Origin: Alphaproteobacteria bacterium
GTDB lineage: Bacteria; Pseudomonadota; Alphaproteobacteria; UBA828
Direction of reading: 5' to 3'
DNA: 64,000 nt
Assembly: GCA_963422645.2 (NCBI GenBank)
Contig: CAXXVO010000008.1
Coordinates: 544,001-608,000, forward strand
Numbering within the stretch: position 1 is the stretch's first letter; the number at the start of each line of letters is the position of its first letter. The notes beneath the pieces were generated by a model. The model was given only the letters and a program-made list of their open reading frames with translations. It was not told where the DNA came from and ran no database searches. Both the position numbers and the translations under genes were made by a program. This document shows, one piece after another, positions 8,922-19,429 of this stretch.

Positions 8922-10124
8922 ATGCGAAAATTGACACTGCTAGCAGGCGCGGCCGCGCTTGCCCTATCGATCGGCGTCGCCACGCCGACCCACGCTGCCG
9001 ACGACGATGTCGTCATCGGCTTCGCCATCGCGCTCAGCGGCTGGATGAACCAGTACGACGGGCCGCCGTCCAGATCGGCGAAGATGGCGATCAACGACAT
9101 CAACGAGGCCGGCGGCGTGCTCGGCGGCCGCAAGTTCGCCTTCACGCAGTCCGACACCAAGTCGGAGGCGGCCGAGGGCGCGCGGGCCGGGCAGGAGGTG
9201 ATCGCCGACGGCGCCAACTTCATGATCGTCTCGTGCGACTACGACATGGGCGCGGCTGCTGCGACGGTCGCGAACAGCAACGCGATGGTGGTCATCTCGC
9301 TCTGCGCCTCCGACGCGAAGATGGGCGTGCAGGGCATCGGGCCCTACGCCTTCACCATGTCCAACTCGTCGCTTACCAGCGGCGCAGTGATTGCGGAGTG
9401 GGCGTGGAACAATAAGGGCTGGAAGACCGCCTACAACCTGCTCGATACATCGATCGAGTACGACAAGGCGATCTGTGCCGGCTTCAAGACCCGCTTCGAG
9501 AAGCTGGGCGGCGCGATGCTGGGCGAGGACACCTTCAAGCAGGACGATGCCTCCATCGCCTCGCAGATCACGCGCTTCAAGCAGGTTGCGGAGGAGAAGG
9601 GCGAGCCTGACCTCCTCCACGTGTGCTCCTACGGCGCGGGCGCGAACGCCGCGATCCGCCAGATCAGGGCGTCCGGCATCGACACGCCGATCTCGGGCGG
9701 CGATTCGATGGACGGCGACTACTGGACCGAGGCCATCGGCAACCTCAATGACCACTACACCGGCACTTACGGCTCGGTGTTCGGCGACGATCCCCGGCCC
9801 CGGGTCAACGAGTTCTTCGACCGCTACGAGGAAGTGCACGGGGAGCGGGTGTGCTGTTCGTTCGCGCTCTCGGGCTACAGCATCATCCAGGCGCTCGCCA
9901 TCGCCATGGATCGGGCGGGGACCACCGATAGCGACGCGGTGCTGGCCGAGCTCAACAAGTTCGACAATGAGCCGCTGCTGGTGGGTCCCACCACGTTCAC
10001 CCCGGACCTGCACATCAACCTCGAGCGGCCGCAGGCAATCATCGGGATCAAGGGCGGCAAGGGCTACTTCGTCGACCTGATTCAGCTGCCGGAGCCGCCT
10101 CCGCTGCAGCTCATATTCAAGTAG
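8922..10124 (+). CDS. Branched-chain amino acid-type ABC transporter substrate-binding protein
   Basis: Signal peptide MRKLTLLAGAAALALS; INEAGGVLGG motif of the Leu/Ile/Val-binding family; first gene of the Liv-type operon. Confidence 0.9.
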   Translation: MRKLTLLAGAAALALSIGVATPTHAADDDVVIGFAIALSGWMNQYDGPPSRSAKMAINDINEAGGVLGGRKFAFTQSDTKSEAAEGARAGQEVIADGANFMIVSCDYDMGAAAATVANSNAMVVISLCASDAKMGVQGIGPYAFTMSNSSLTSGAVIAEWAWNNKGWKTAYNLLDTSIEYDKAICAGFKTRFEKLGGAMLGEDTFKQDDASIASQITRFKQVAEEKGEPDLLHVCSYGAGANAAIRQIRASGIDTPISGGDSMDGDYWTEAIGNLNDHYTGTYGSVFGDDPRPRVNEFFDRYEEVHGERVCCSFALSGYSIIQALAIAMDRAGTTDSDAVLAELNKFDNEPLLVGPTTFTPDLHINLERPQAIIGIKGGKGYFVDLIQLPEPPPLQLIFK

Positions 10125-10137
10125 GCAAAGACCCGGT

Positions 10138-10179
10138 GGGCGGTCCGCGGAACCTAGTCTCGCGGGCCGCCCCCGTTTT
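10138..10179 (+). terminator. Hairpin after the substrate-binding protein gene (terminator or mRNA stabiliser)
   Basis: GGGCGGTCCGCG...CGCGGGCCGCCC followed by GTTTT. Confidence 0.5.
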
Positions 10180-10247
10180 CCCGGTCGCGCCGCCGCGGCC
10201 GACGGCCGCCGCATGACGCCGTAACACCGTTCGAGGGGGCCTCTCCG

Positions 10248-11162
10248 GTGCAAGCGGTCGTTCAGAACATCATCGACGCTCTGAGCCTGGGGAGCCTGTT
10301 CGCACTCACCTCCCTCGGCATCGGCCTGATCTTCGGCATCATGCGCCTGATCAATTTCGCCCATGGCGACTTGATCATGATCGGCGCCTACGCGCTCATC
10401 GTGCCGTCCGCCGCGGTGGCGCCGCAGCTCTTCATCGGCGCCTGGCACCCGGCGGCAGTGGTGGCGGCGATCATTCTCATCGTCATCATCTTCGCCGTCG
10501 CCTGCGAGCGGCTGGCCTTCCGCCCGCTCCGCGATGCCGACCCCTCGGTGCTGCTGATCGCCTCCTTCGCGCTCAGTTTCTTCTTCCAGAACATGGTTCT
10601 GCTGATCTACGAGGGCCGGCCCAAGGGCGTGGACCTCTGGCCGGTGCTGACCGATCCCTTCCTGCTCGGCGACATTCGCCTGCCGCGCCTGCAGATCGTG
10701 ATGATCGCCGCGACCGCGGTGCTGCTGCTGCTGCTCGTGCTCTTCCTCAAGCGCACAGCGATCGGGCGCCAGATGCGGGCGGCGTCCGAGGACTTCATGA
10801 TGGCGCGCTTCCTGGGCGTCCGCGCCAACCGGGTGATCGCCGCAGCCTTCGCGATCTCGGGCCTCCTCGCGGCCGTGATTTCCCTGCTCTTCGTCGTGCA
10901 GAACGGCGTACTGAAGTTCGACATGGGTGTGCCGCTGGTGCTCGCGGCGTTCGTGGGCACCGTCGTCGGCGGCATGGGCAGCCTGGTCGGCGCTGTGGTG
11001 GGCGGCTTCGTGGTGGGCGTCGCCAGCGTCTTCTTCCAGATCGTTCTTCCGCTGGAGATGCGGCTTAACCGCGATGCCTGGGTCTACGGCCTGATCCTCG
11101 TCATCCTCCTGCTCAGGCCCGGCGGCATCGTCAAGGTGAAGGCGGTCGAGGAACGGATCTGA
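10248..11162 (+). CDS. Liv-type ABC permease (LivH-like)
   Basis: GLIFGIMRLINFAHGD, VVGGMGS motifs; hydrophobic. Confidence 0.92.
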   Translation: MQAVVQNIIDALSLGSLFALTSLGIGLIFGIMRLINFAHGDLIMIGAYALIVPSAAVAPQLFIGAWHPAAVVAAIILIVIIFAVACERLAFRPLRDADPSVLLIASFALSFFFQNMVLLIYEGRPKGVDLWPVLTDPFLLGDIRLPRLQIVMIAATAVLLLLLVLFLKRTAIGRQMRAASEDFMMARFLGVRANRVIAAAFAISGLLAAVISLLFVVQNGVLKFDMGVPLVLAAFVGTVVGGMGSLVGAVVGGFVVGVASVFFQIVLPLEMRLNRDAWVYGLILVILLLRPGGIVKVKAVEERI

Positions 11163-11174
11163 CCGTGGTGAGAC

Positions 11175-12980
11175 ATGCGGGTTAGCCCTGCGACTGTCGG
11201 CCGTTACCTGTGGGAGCCCGGGACTCTCGGCTTGGGCCTCCTCGTGCTCTCCCTGATCATTTGGGGGACTGGCGACAAGGTCATCGAGCGCACGCTCACG
11301 GTGGCGCTCATCAACACCGTGATGGTGATCGGTCTCTATATCTTCATCGGCAACTCCGGCGTGCTCGCGTTCGGCCACATGGCCTTCGCGCTGATCGGCG
11401 CCTACGCGGTCGCCTGGTTCACCATGTCGCCCTTCAAGAAGAGCTTCGCGCTCGATCTGCCGACCTTCCTCGCCGAGAACACGCTGCCGCTGCTGCCGTC
11501 GGCGATCATCTCCTCGCTGCTGGCTGCGCTGGTCGCCCTCGTCGTTGGCATCCCACTGATGCGATTGAGCGGCATCGCCGCGAGCATCGGCACCTTCGCG
11601 GTGCTGATGATCTTCTACACGCTCTATTCCAACTGGGATTCCTGGACCTTCGGCGCGAGCACGCTGGTGGGCGTCCCCATCTACGTCGACTTCTGGGTCG
11701 CGCTGGCGTGGGCTCTGGTCGCGCTGATGGTCGCCACCATCTATCAGAAGTCCCGCTTCGGCCTGGCGCTCCGGGCTTCGCGCGAGAACGAGGCGGCGGC
11801 GCGCGCCGTCGGCATCAACGTGCCTACCCAGCGGCTCATCGCCTTCGTGCTGAGCGGTTTCTTCATGGGGCTGGGCGGAGTGCTCCAGGCCCACTACGTG
11901 GGCTCCATCGTGGTGCGCGGCTTCTGGCTCGGGCCCACCTTCGTCGCGCTCGCCATGCTGATGATCGGCGGCCAGCGGAGCCTGACGGGCGCCGTGGTTG
12001 GCGTGATGGTGGTCGCGGTGTTGCAGGAGGTGCTGCGCAAGATCGAGGTCATCATCCAGCTCTACGGGCTGAGCCAGCTCGTCATCGCGTTCCTGATGCT
12101 GACCATCCTGATCGTCCGGCCGCGCGGAATCGCGAAGGGGCGGGAGATCCCCTGGCCCTTCGCCAGTCCGGCGGCGATGGCGGCACCGACGCGCTTAGAC
12201 CGCGCGCCCTCCGCGCCCGCGATCGTGCCCGCCGGCGGCGACATGGAGGAGCGGCTGGAGGCGCATGACGTCTCGGTCAACTTCGAGGGGCTCGCCGCCG
12301 TCGACGAGGTCACGGTGTCCATGGGCCGGCACGAGATATTCGGGCTGATCGGGCCGAACGGCGCGGGCAAGACCACGCTCGTCAACGTGCTGACCGGCTT
12401 CCAGAAGCCGACGCATGGCAGGGTCGTGCTCGCCGGTGTCGACGTCACCGGCATGCCGCCGCACCGGATCGGCCGGAGAGGGCTCGCGCGGACCTTCCAG
12501 GCGGTCAGGCTCTATCCCGACATGCCGGTGATCGAGAACCTGGAGGCCGCTGCCGTCGGCACCGGCCTCGGCCGCCGCGAGGCCTCGCGGCGGGCTCGCG
12601 CAATCCTGGAATGGATGAACTTCGCCGACAAGGCGTACGACCACGCGGACACGCTGCCCTATGGCGACGAGCGCCGGGTCGGCATCGGGCGGGCGCTCGC
12701 GATGGCACCGCACTTCGTGCTGCTGGACGAGCCGGCTGCGGGTATGAGCGATTCCGAGTGCGACGATCTGATGGCGCTGATCTCCCGCATTCCGCAGGAC
12801 TTCGGCTGCGGGGTGCTGTTGATCGAGCACAACATGCGCGTGATCATGGGGGTCTGCGACCGTATCCACGTGATCGACAGTGGGCGCACCATCGGCGAGG
12901 GAACGCCGCAGGAGATCCAGGCGAACCCGGCGGTGATTCGCGCCTATCTCGGCTCGCGCTCGGAGCAGGACCATGCTTGA
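11175..12980 (+). CDS. Fused Liv-type permease / ATP-binding protein (LivM-LivG)
   Basis: N-terminal permease (GNSGVLAFGHMAF) fused to an ABC ATPase (GPNGAGKTT, LLDEPAAG, IEHNM). Confidence 0.9.
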   Translation: MRVSPATVGRYLWEPGTLGLGLLVLSLIIWGTGDKVIERTLTVALINTVMVIGLYIFIGNSGVLAFGHMAFALIGAYAVAWFTMSPFKKSFALDLPTFLAENTLPLLPSAIISSLLAALVALVVGIPLMRLSGIAASIGTFAVLMIFYTLYSNWDSWTFGASTLVGVPIYVDFWVALAWALVALMVATIYQKSRFGLALRASRENEAAARAVGINVPTQRLIAFVLSGFFMGLGGVLQAHYVGSIVVRGFWLGPTFVALAMLMIGGQRSLTGAVVGVMVVAVLQEVLRKIEVIIQLYGLSQLVIAFLMLTILIVRPRGIAKGREIPWPFASPAAMAAPTRLDRAPSAPAIVPAGGDMEERLEAHDVSVNFEGLAAVDEVTVSMGRHEIFGLIGPNGAGKTTLVNVLTGFQKPTHGRVVLAGVDVTGMPPHRIGRRGLARTFQAVRLYPDMPVIENLEAAAVGTGLGRREASRRARAILEWMNFADKAYDHADTLPYGDERRVGIGRALAMAPHFVLLDEPAAGMSDSECDDLMALISRIPQDFGCGVLLIEHNMRVIMGVCDRIHVIDSGRTIGEGTPQEIQANPAVIRAYLGSRSEQDHA

Positions 12981-13707
12981 GGTCGACGATATCAGCGTCA
13001 GCTACGGGCGCATCCCGGCAGTGCGGGGCGTCAGCCTCACCGTGGACGAGGGCGAGATCGTGACCCTGGTGGGCCCCAACGGCGCCGGCAAGTCGACCAC
13101 GCTCATGACCATCGCCGGCGCGCTGACGCCCACCCAGGGCATGGTGCGGCTCAACGGTGATGTGATCGTGGGCAAGGGGCCGGAGAATATCGCCCGCCTC
13201 GGCGTCTCCTTCGTGCCCGAAGGCCGCCATGTCTTTACCCGGCTTACGGTGGAGGAGAACATCCGCCTGGGCACCGACATGCGCTCCGACAAGAAGCAGA
13301 TCGAGCGGGACTTCGAGCGCGTGCTCGACTACTTCCCCTTCATGCGCGAGCGGCTGTCCACGCCGGGCGGCAAGCTCTCGGGCGGGGAGCAGCAGCAACT
13401 CGTGATCGCGCGCGCGCTGATGACGGCGCCCAAGATCATCCTGGTGGACGAGCCCTCGCTCGGCCTCGGCCCGCTCATCGTCGACAGGGTCTACGAGATT
13501 CTGAAGTCCCTGCGTGAGGCCGGGAACACGCTGCTGGTGGTGGAGCAGAGCACCCACCGCGCGCTGGAGAACGCCGACCGGGTCTATGTGCTCCGCAGCG
13601 GGCTGATCGAGCTCACGGGCCGGAGCGCCGAGCTCACCGACGAGGAGCTGGAGCGCGCCTATTTCGGCTTCGAAGAGGCCGCCGAGAGCGAAGACGTGCA
13701 TTTCTGA
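12973..13707 (+). CDS. Liv-type ABC ATP-binding protein (LivF-like)
   Basis: GPNGAGKST, VPEGRHVF, LSGGEQQ, DEPSLGL. Confidence 0.93.
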   Translation: MLEVDDISVSYGRIPAVRGVSLTVDEGEIVTLVGPNGAGKSTTLMTIAGALTPTQGMVRLNGDVIVGKGPENIARLGVSFVPEGRHVFTRLTVEENIRLGTDMRSDKKQIERDFERVLDYFPFMRERLSTPGGKLSGGEQQQLVIARALMTAPKIILVDEPSLGLGPLIVDRVYEILKSLREAGNTLLVVEQSTHRALENADRVYVLRSGLIELTGRSAELTDEELERAYFGFEEAAESEDVHF

Positions 13708-13768
13708 GGAGGGTGTCGGCGGCGGTCGCCCTCTCCTTGCTGGCTCGCGATCCGACGCAGCGTGCGGG

Positions 13769-13919
13769 TTACAACCTGATCCAGCTCGCCAGCTCTTCGT
13801 GCTGGAAGATCATGTTGTCCTGGATGGCCAGGTGCGTCCCGACACCGGCATTCTTGGCCCGCCGCTACATCGCATGGGCGATCGCCACGGCGACGTAGGC
13901 GAGACCCACCGCATCGACC
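13769..13919 (-). pseudogene. Remnant C-terminus of an ornithine cyclodeaminase / mu-crystallin family gene
   Basis: Manual translation VDAVGLAYVAVAIAHAM*RRAKNAGVGTHLAIQDNMIFQHEELASWIRL* resembles the OCD C-terminal G-L-A-x-x-D-x-A...Y-x-x-A-x-x-x-G-x-G helix; in-frame TAG at the usual Tyr position. Confidence 0.45.
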
Positions 13920-13933
13920 GCCGGTCTCCGCCC

Positions 13934-15352
13934 TCAGACGAGGCCCATCTGGCGATAGGAGCGCACGACCTTCTCCAAGGCGAGGGCGAAGGCTGCCGTG
14001 CGCAGGTCTTCGATCGCGTCCGATCCGCGCATGGTTTCGCGCATCGCGCCGTAGGCCTCGCGCATGGTGTCCTCGAGGCCTGACTGGACCAGGTCGAGCT
14101 CATCCACGCCGCGTAGCAGCGGCGCCTTGAGCGCCTCCGGCACCGGCCGGCCGGCAGTGGTCTCGATCATCTCGACAATGCGCCGGCCGCGTTGGATGTC
14201 GAGCTGGCGCGAGAGCCGGCCGAAGCGCATGTGCGAGACGTTGGAGACCCATTCGAAATAACTCACGGTGACGCCGCCAGCGTTGACGAGAAGATCGGGC
14301 AGAATGACCTTGCCGCGCGCGAGCAGCGCCCGCTCGGCCGCAAGCGTCACCGGGCCGTTGGCGGCCTCCACGACGATCGGCGCGCGGATACGTGCTGCGT
14401 TGGCCTCGGTGATTTGGCTCTCGATGGCGGCGGGGACGAGGATATCGCAGTCTGCCTCGAGGACCGATGCGCCGTCGGCGACGAAGCGCGCGCCGGGGAA
14501 CCCCTTGAGGCCGCCAGTGCGACTCAGGTGTTCGGCAATTTGCTTGGGCGCGAGGCCCGCATCGGAGAGCACTGCACCGTCGTGCTCGATGACGCCTGTG
14601 AGGCGCACGCCTTCTTCCTCGGTGAGGTACTTGGCCGCGTGATAGCCCACGTTGCCGAGCCCCTGGACGATCACCCGCTTGCCGTCGAGGCCGCCATCCA
14701 GGCCGGCGCGCGCCACGTCGTCCGGGTGGCGGAAGAGCTCGCGCAGCACGTATTGGACGCCGCGGCCGGTCGCCTCCACGCGGCCCGGAATGCCGCCCTG
14801 GGTCACGGGCTTGCCGGTGACGCAGGCCAGCGCGTCGATGTCCGACGGGTAGAGCTGACGGTACTCGTCCGCCATCCAGGCCATCTCGCGCGCGCCGGTG
14901 CCAATATCCGGCGCCGGCACGTCGCGGCTCGGACTGATGTAGCCGCGATCGGCGAGCTCCTGGGTGAAGCGGCGCGTGATCTGCTCGAGCTCCTCCTCCG
15001 TGTAGTCCTCGGGGCGGATCGCGAGCCCGCCCTTGGCGCCGCCGAAGGGCACGTCCACAAGCGCGCACTTGAAGGTCATCAGCGCCGCCAGCGCCTCGAC
15101 CTCCTGCTGATCGACGAACGCCGCGTAGCGGATACCACCCTTCACGGGCAGGCGGTGATCGCTGTGGACCGCGCGCCAGCCGCAGAAGTTCTCGTAGCGG
15201 CCCCTGAGCCGCACCGGGAAGCGCAGCTGGATGACGGACTTGCACTCGCGGATGGTCTCCACGAGGTCGTCCGGGACGCCGAGCGCACGTGCCGCCCGGT
15301 CGAACATCCCGCGCACGCTGGCCTGGAAACTGTTCTCGGTTGCGGTCGTCAC
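13934..15352 (-). CDS. gdhA: Glu/Leu/Phe/Val dehydrogenase (glutamate dehydrogenase)
   Basis: KGGIRY, VPFGGAKGG, DVPAPDIGT, ATGRG, QGLGNVG, EAANGP, NAGGVTVSYFEW. Confidence 0.93.
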   Translation of the reverse strand: MTTATENSFQASVRGMFDRAARALGVPDDLVETIRECKSVIQLRFPVRLRGRYENFCGWRAVHSDHRLPVKGGIRYAAFVDQQEVEALAALMTFKCALVDVPFGGAKGGLAIRPEDYTEEELEQITRRFTQELADRGYISPSRDVPAPDIGTGAREMAWMADEYRQLYPSDIDALACVTGKPVTQGGIPGRVEATGRGVQYVLRELFRHPDDVARAGLDGGLDGKRVIVQGLGNVGYHAAKYLTEEEGVRLTGVIEHDGAVLSDAGLAPKQIAEHLSRTGGLKGFPGARFVADGASVLEADCDILVPAAIESQITEANAARIRAPIVVEAANGPVTLAAERALLARGKVILPDLLVNAGGVTVSYFEWVSNVSHMRFGRLSRQLDIQRGRRIVEMIETTAGRPVPEALKAPLLRGVDELDLVQSGLEDTMREAYGAMRETMRGSDAIEDLRTAAFALALEKVVRSYRQMGLV

Positions 15353-15545
15353 TTGGCCCTCCGTTGGCGGATGAGACGGATCCGGTGTTCCGACTACATA
15401 TGTTCACATCGCGGCGCGTTGACCAGAGCGCTTTCGCCGGCAGACCGGCGCGATCGAGACGTCTACGCGTCGTCGCCCACTGTCTTCACGCGGTCAACGA
15501 TCGCCGGCTCAGCACCGCGCTTGGCGCCATGGACCGTCTCGACAC

Positions 15546-16793
15546 ATGATGCCGCCTGGGTTCGACACCCGGCAATCCTTGACGCGTATTGCCTGCGGTG
15601 CCAGTACTCGTGAGGCGGAGCGGCAAGCGTGCGGCGGTGCCTCGGCGACTGTGCAAGCAACTTGGGTATCGGCCGTGGTCGATCGTTCATCCGACATCGA
15701 TAGCGCTCCTTCGAACGACAGCGTTGACGACCAAGTCGGTGCGACGAAGACGCCGTTGCTGCGCCTTCGTAACCTGTCCAAGAACTATGGACAGGTTGAA
15801 GCGGTTCGCCCTCTCGATCTCGACATCCACCGGGGCGATTTCTTTGCCATTCTCGGACCCTCCGGCTGTGGAAAAACGACGCTGCTCCGGATGATCGGCG
15901 GGTTCATCACGCCGACCACGGGAAGCGTGGAGATCGCCGGCGCCGACGTCACCGCGCTCGGCCCGGAGAAGCGCCCCACGAACATGGTGTTTCAGGGACT
16001 GGGGCTGTTCCCGCACATGACGGTGCGCCAGAACGTCGCCTATGGCTTGCGAATTGCCAGGCGTCCGCGCGCCGAGATCAACGACACTGTGCAGGAAATT
16101 CTCACTCTCGTCCGGCTTCAGGATCTCGCCGAACGGCGGATCAACGAACTTTCCGGCGGCCAGCAACAGAGAATCGCCCTTGCCCGGGCGCTGGTGCTGC
16201 GCCCCCAGGTCCTGCTGCTGGATGAGCCTCTTGCAGCACTCGACCTGAAACTCCGCCAGGCGATGCAGGAGGAGTTGCGTCGAATTCACCGCTCGATCGG
16301 CGGGACCTTCGTCTTCGTGACCCACGATCAGGGCGAGGCGCTCGGTCTGGCAAACGTGGTTGCGGTCATGGCCGACGGCGTGATCGCGCAGGTCGGAAGT
16401 CCCGAGGATATCTACCTGCAACCCAAGACGCGATTCGTCTCCACCTTTATTGGCGAGGCCAATGTGCTCGCAGGTCGCCGTATGGGCGATGCCGTTACCT
16501 TGCAGGCGGGACTCCAGTTCTCCTCGGCGGGCGCGGACGGCCCGGTCCGCGTGGTCGTCCGGCCTGAAGCGGTGACCCTCGAAGCGCTGCGCGGCGATGC
16601 CGGTACCGGGCTGACCGGCACCCTGCAGGACGTCGTGTTCCTCGGACCCTACGTGAAATACAAGATCGCCCTCGGCAGCGGCGAAGACATCGTCTCCCAC
16701 GTCCCGAGCCTGGACGGAAGCAGCATGTTCACGGTCGGAAGCTCTCTCAAGGTGAGCTGGGATCCCGACACACACCGCGTCCTCGACGACTGA
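15546..16793 (+). CDS. Polyamine-type ABC ATP-binding protein (PotA-like); true start probably downstream, around 15650-15750
   Basis: [29 protein letters not shown]-terminal TOBE-like region. Confidence 0.9.
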   Translation: MMPPGFDTRQSLTRIACGASTREAERQACGGASATVQATWVSAVVDRSSDIDSAPSNDSVDDQVGATKTPLLRLRNLSKNYGQVEAVRPLDLDIHRGDFFAILGPSGCGKTTLLRMIGGFITPTTGSVEIAGADVTALGPEKRPTNMVFQGLGLFPHMTVRQNVAYGLRIARRPRAEINDTVQEILTLVRLQDLAERRINELSGGQQQRIALARALVLRPQVLLLDEPLAALDLKLRQAMQEELRRIHRSIGGTFVFVTHDQGEALGLANVVAVMADGVIAQVGSPEDIYLQPKTRFVSTFIGEANVLAGRRMGDAVTLQAGLQFSSAGADGPVRVVVRPEAVTLEALRGDAGTGLTGTLQDVVFLGPYVKYKIALGSGEDIVSHVPSLDGSSMFTVGSSLKVSWDPDTHRVLDD

Positions 16794-16926
16794 GACGCCC
16801 GACTCCGCGAGACCTGCCCCAGTTATCGCAGCGCCGCGACCGGGGTGAGAAATGCGGGCTCACTTGCGACGGCATCCCGGTAACGCATAATGCCGGCTTG
16901 GTGCGCGCTGCAGGGAGAGGGCGGCT

Positions 16927-17826
16927 ATGAGCGATGCGGAATGCGTCGTGGACTGCAAGTCTTTGCTCGGGGAGGGCCCCCTCTGGTCGCCTGCCGAAAG
17001 GGCTCTCTACTGGACCGACGTTCCCGCCTACACGGTCCACCGCTGGACACCGGACACCGGGGAGCAGCGTTCATGGCGCCTGCCGGAAATGGTCACGTCG
17101 ATGTCGATGCGCGCGCAAGGCGGATTGATCCTCGCGACCACCGGAAGGATCAACAGGTGGGATCCGGATAACGATCGTCTTGAAACTCTGGCGGTCCCGG
17201 AGGCAGACCTGCCGGACAACCGGTCGAACGACGGCAAGTGCGATCGGCGCGGCCGTTTCTGGTACGGCACGATGCAGAACAACCTTAATCCCGACGGGTC
17301 CGACAAGCCCATGACAGAGTCGTCGGGCAATCTCTGGCGCATCGATGGCGATGGCTCGTTCCACTGCATGGATTCAGGAATCGGAATCAGCAACACGTTC
17401 GCCTGGAGTCCGGATAACAGGGTGATGTACTTCGGCGACACGCTTGCCGGGATCCACGCCTACGACTTCGACATCGAGGCTGGCGCGATCGCCAATCGTC
17501 GTGTCTTTGCCAAGACCGAGGACCCGGCACTCGGTGTCCCCGACGGCTCAACCATCGACGCAGACGGGTTCCTCTGGAACGCGCGATGGGACGGCGGGTG
17601 CCTGTTGCGCTGGGCGCCCGACGGCACCATCGACCGCAAGGTCGCGTTTCCCTGCCAGCGCGTGACCAGTGCGATCTTCGGGGGCGCGGATCTCGACATC
17701 TTGTACGTAACGACAGCGCGGTACGACCTGAGCGAGGGCGATCTCGCCGAGCAACCGCTGGCCGGCGGGATCTTCGCGTTGTCGCCGGGGGTTCGAGGGA
17801 TACCGGAGGTGCCTTTTCCCGGATAG
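16927..17826 (+). CDS. SMP-30/gluconolactonase/LRE family protein
   Basis: LGEGPLW, RSNDGKCD, ISNTFAWSPD, PDGSTIDADG. Confidence 0.93.
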   Translation: MSDAECVVDCKSLLGEGPLWSPAERALYWTDVPAYTVHRWTPDTGEQRSWRLPEMVTSMSMRAQGGLILATTGRINRWDPDNDRLETLAVPEADLPDNRSNDGKCDRRGRFWYGTMQNNLNPDGSDKPMTESSGNLWRIDGDGSFHCMDSGIGISNTFAWSPDNRVMYFGDTLAGIHAYDFDIEAGAIANRRVFAKTEDPALGVPDGSTIDADGFLWNARWDGGCLLRWAPDGTIDRKVAFPCQRVTSAIFGGADLDILYVTTARYDLSEGDLAEQPLAGGIFALSPGVRGIPEVPFPG

Positions 17827-18127
17827 GGCCGGAGACCAAGGGTGCGAAATTCGAAGCCGATGACCTGTCACGAAGCCTATCGGCGAGAGGGCGAGTTCTT
17901 ACGCCATGATGTTGTTGAGTTGAACTGACGCTGCGTCGTGCGGGCGTGAACTTTCGTCTGCATTTGCCGTGAAACAGATTCTGGCGAGGGACGCGCGGTG
18001 ACGCTCCAACCCCGAGGTCACGGCGTTGGCTGAGACCGCCAGGGTCGGCGCGGCGGAGACGAGCGGTGGACTTCCCCGATGTGGTCCGAAGCGGTCCCGC
18101 GTAGCCGGCTGACGAGATGCGGGCCGC

Positions 18128-19378
18128 TCAGGCGGCCTTGAGTTCCGCGCCTACGGGCTCGATGTAGCCGTAGCGGCGGAGCATGCGGATCCACCGAGGA
18201 GCGTTGCGCTTGACCATCAGAGCGTCGTAGTCGGCCGTGCGGTCGTAGTAGGGCCTGCCGGTCTTGAGCACCACATAGATGATGCGCAGCATCTTGTGAG
18301 CGCCGGCGACGATGGCGCGCTTGTAGCCGCGCCGGGCGGCGAGGGCGCGGTGATGAGCCTCGAACTGGCACCCCTTGGTTCGGGCCGCGCCGTGGGCACA
18401 CTCGACGAGGCAGGCGCGCAGGGTCTTGGAGCCCATGCGGGTGCGTGCGTTGCGGCGCTTGCCCCCGCTCTCGTTGTTGCCGGGGCAGAGCCCGGCCCAG
18501 GCGGCGAAGTGCTCCTTGGAGGCGAACACGCCGATGTCGGGGCCGATCTCGATGAGGATGGTCGAGGCGGCGGTGCGGTCGATGCCGGGGATGGTGGTCA
18601 GCAGACGGAGCTGCTCCTCCCACGGTGTCATCTGCCCGTCGATCTTCCTGGTGTAGGACGCGATGCGCGCCTCAAGCGCGTCATGCTCCTCCAGCAGGTC
18701 GTTGAGCATGAAGCGGTCGTTGTCGCCCAGGCTCAGGGTGAGCGCCTCGCCGAGCCCCTCCAGCTTGTTCGCAACGTGGCTGGTGAGCGAGGCGAGGATG
18801 ACCTCGCGCGCCGTCCCCTGCGCCAGGCCGTCGAGGATCTTCCGGCCGTTGACGCCGAAGACGTCGGAGAGGATGCCGCCGATGCGCGCACCGGCGCGGT
18901 CGATGATCTTCTGCACGCGGTTGCGCACGGCGGAGCGCTGCCTGACCAGGACGCGGCGCTGGCGGCTCAGTGCGCGCAGCTCCCGGAACGGCTCAGGCGG
19001 AACGTGGGAAGGCGTGCAGAGCCCGAACTGGCACACGCAGGCCAGCCACACGCTGTCCGCCACGTCGGTCTTGCGCCCCTTCAACTGCTTCACCTGACGC
19101 GCATGCACCAGGATCGCCTCGAGCCCGGCCGCCTCCAGGGCCGCGAAGGGCGCCTGCCAGTAGACCCCGGTCCCTTCCATCACCGCAGCCTCGACGCCGT
19201 GACCGGTCAGCCACGCGACCATCTCCTCCAGACCGCTCGGCAGCGTGCCGAAGCAGCGCGTCTCCACCACCGGCTCACCCTCGCCCTCACAGAGGCGAAC
19301 CGTCGCGGTGATCTCCATCTTGTGCACGTCCAGACCCGCCGCGCGCGGCCGGACGACGTGCAAGCCTTCCGTCTTCAT
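18128..19378 (-). CDS. IS110 family transposase / bridge recombinase
   Basis: DEDD motifs GLDVHK, MEGTG, KTDVADS; TIPGID; catalytic-Ser region NNESGG; RBS GAGGAGG before ATG 19378. Confidence 0.95.
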   Translation of the reverse strand: MKTEGLHVVRPRAAGLDVHKMEITATVRLCEGEGEPVVETRCFGTLPSGLEEMVAWLTGHGVEAAVMEGTGVYWQAPFAALEAAGLEAILVHARQVKQLKGRKTDVADSVWLACVCQFGLCTPSHVPPEPFRELRALSRQRRVLVRQRSAVRNRVQKIIDRAGARIGGILSDVFGVNGRKILDGLAQGTAREVILASLTSHVANKLEGLGEALTLSLGDNDRFMLNDLLEEHDALEARIASYTRKIDGQMTPWEEQLRLLTTIPGIDRTAASTILIEIGPDIGVFASKEHFAAWAGLCPGNNESGGKRRNARTRMGSKTLRACLVECAHGAARTKGCQFEAHHRALAARRGYKRAIVAGAHKMLRIIYVVLKTGRPYYDRTADYDALMVKRNAPRWIRMLRRYGYIEPVGAELKAA

Positions 19379-19429
19379 CGCCTTCCTCCTCATTTGCGCT
19401 CTCGCCACGGCGGCGTACGATCACGCCGT

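Noticed and set aside
8964-11894. Long antisense ORFs (976 aa here; also 61276-63357 and 34518-36539)
   Set aside because: Mirror frames of well-supported genes, expected at this GC content, with no recognisable motifs.
11175-12980. LivM-LivG fusion as a novelty
   Set aside because: Permease-ATPase fusions are common in branched-chain amino-acid-type ABC systems.
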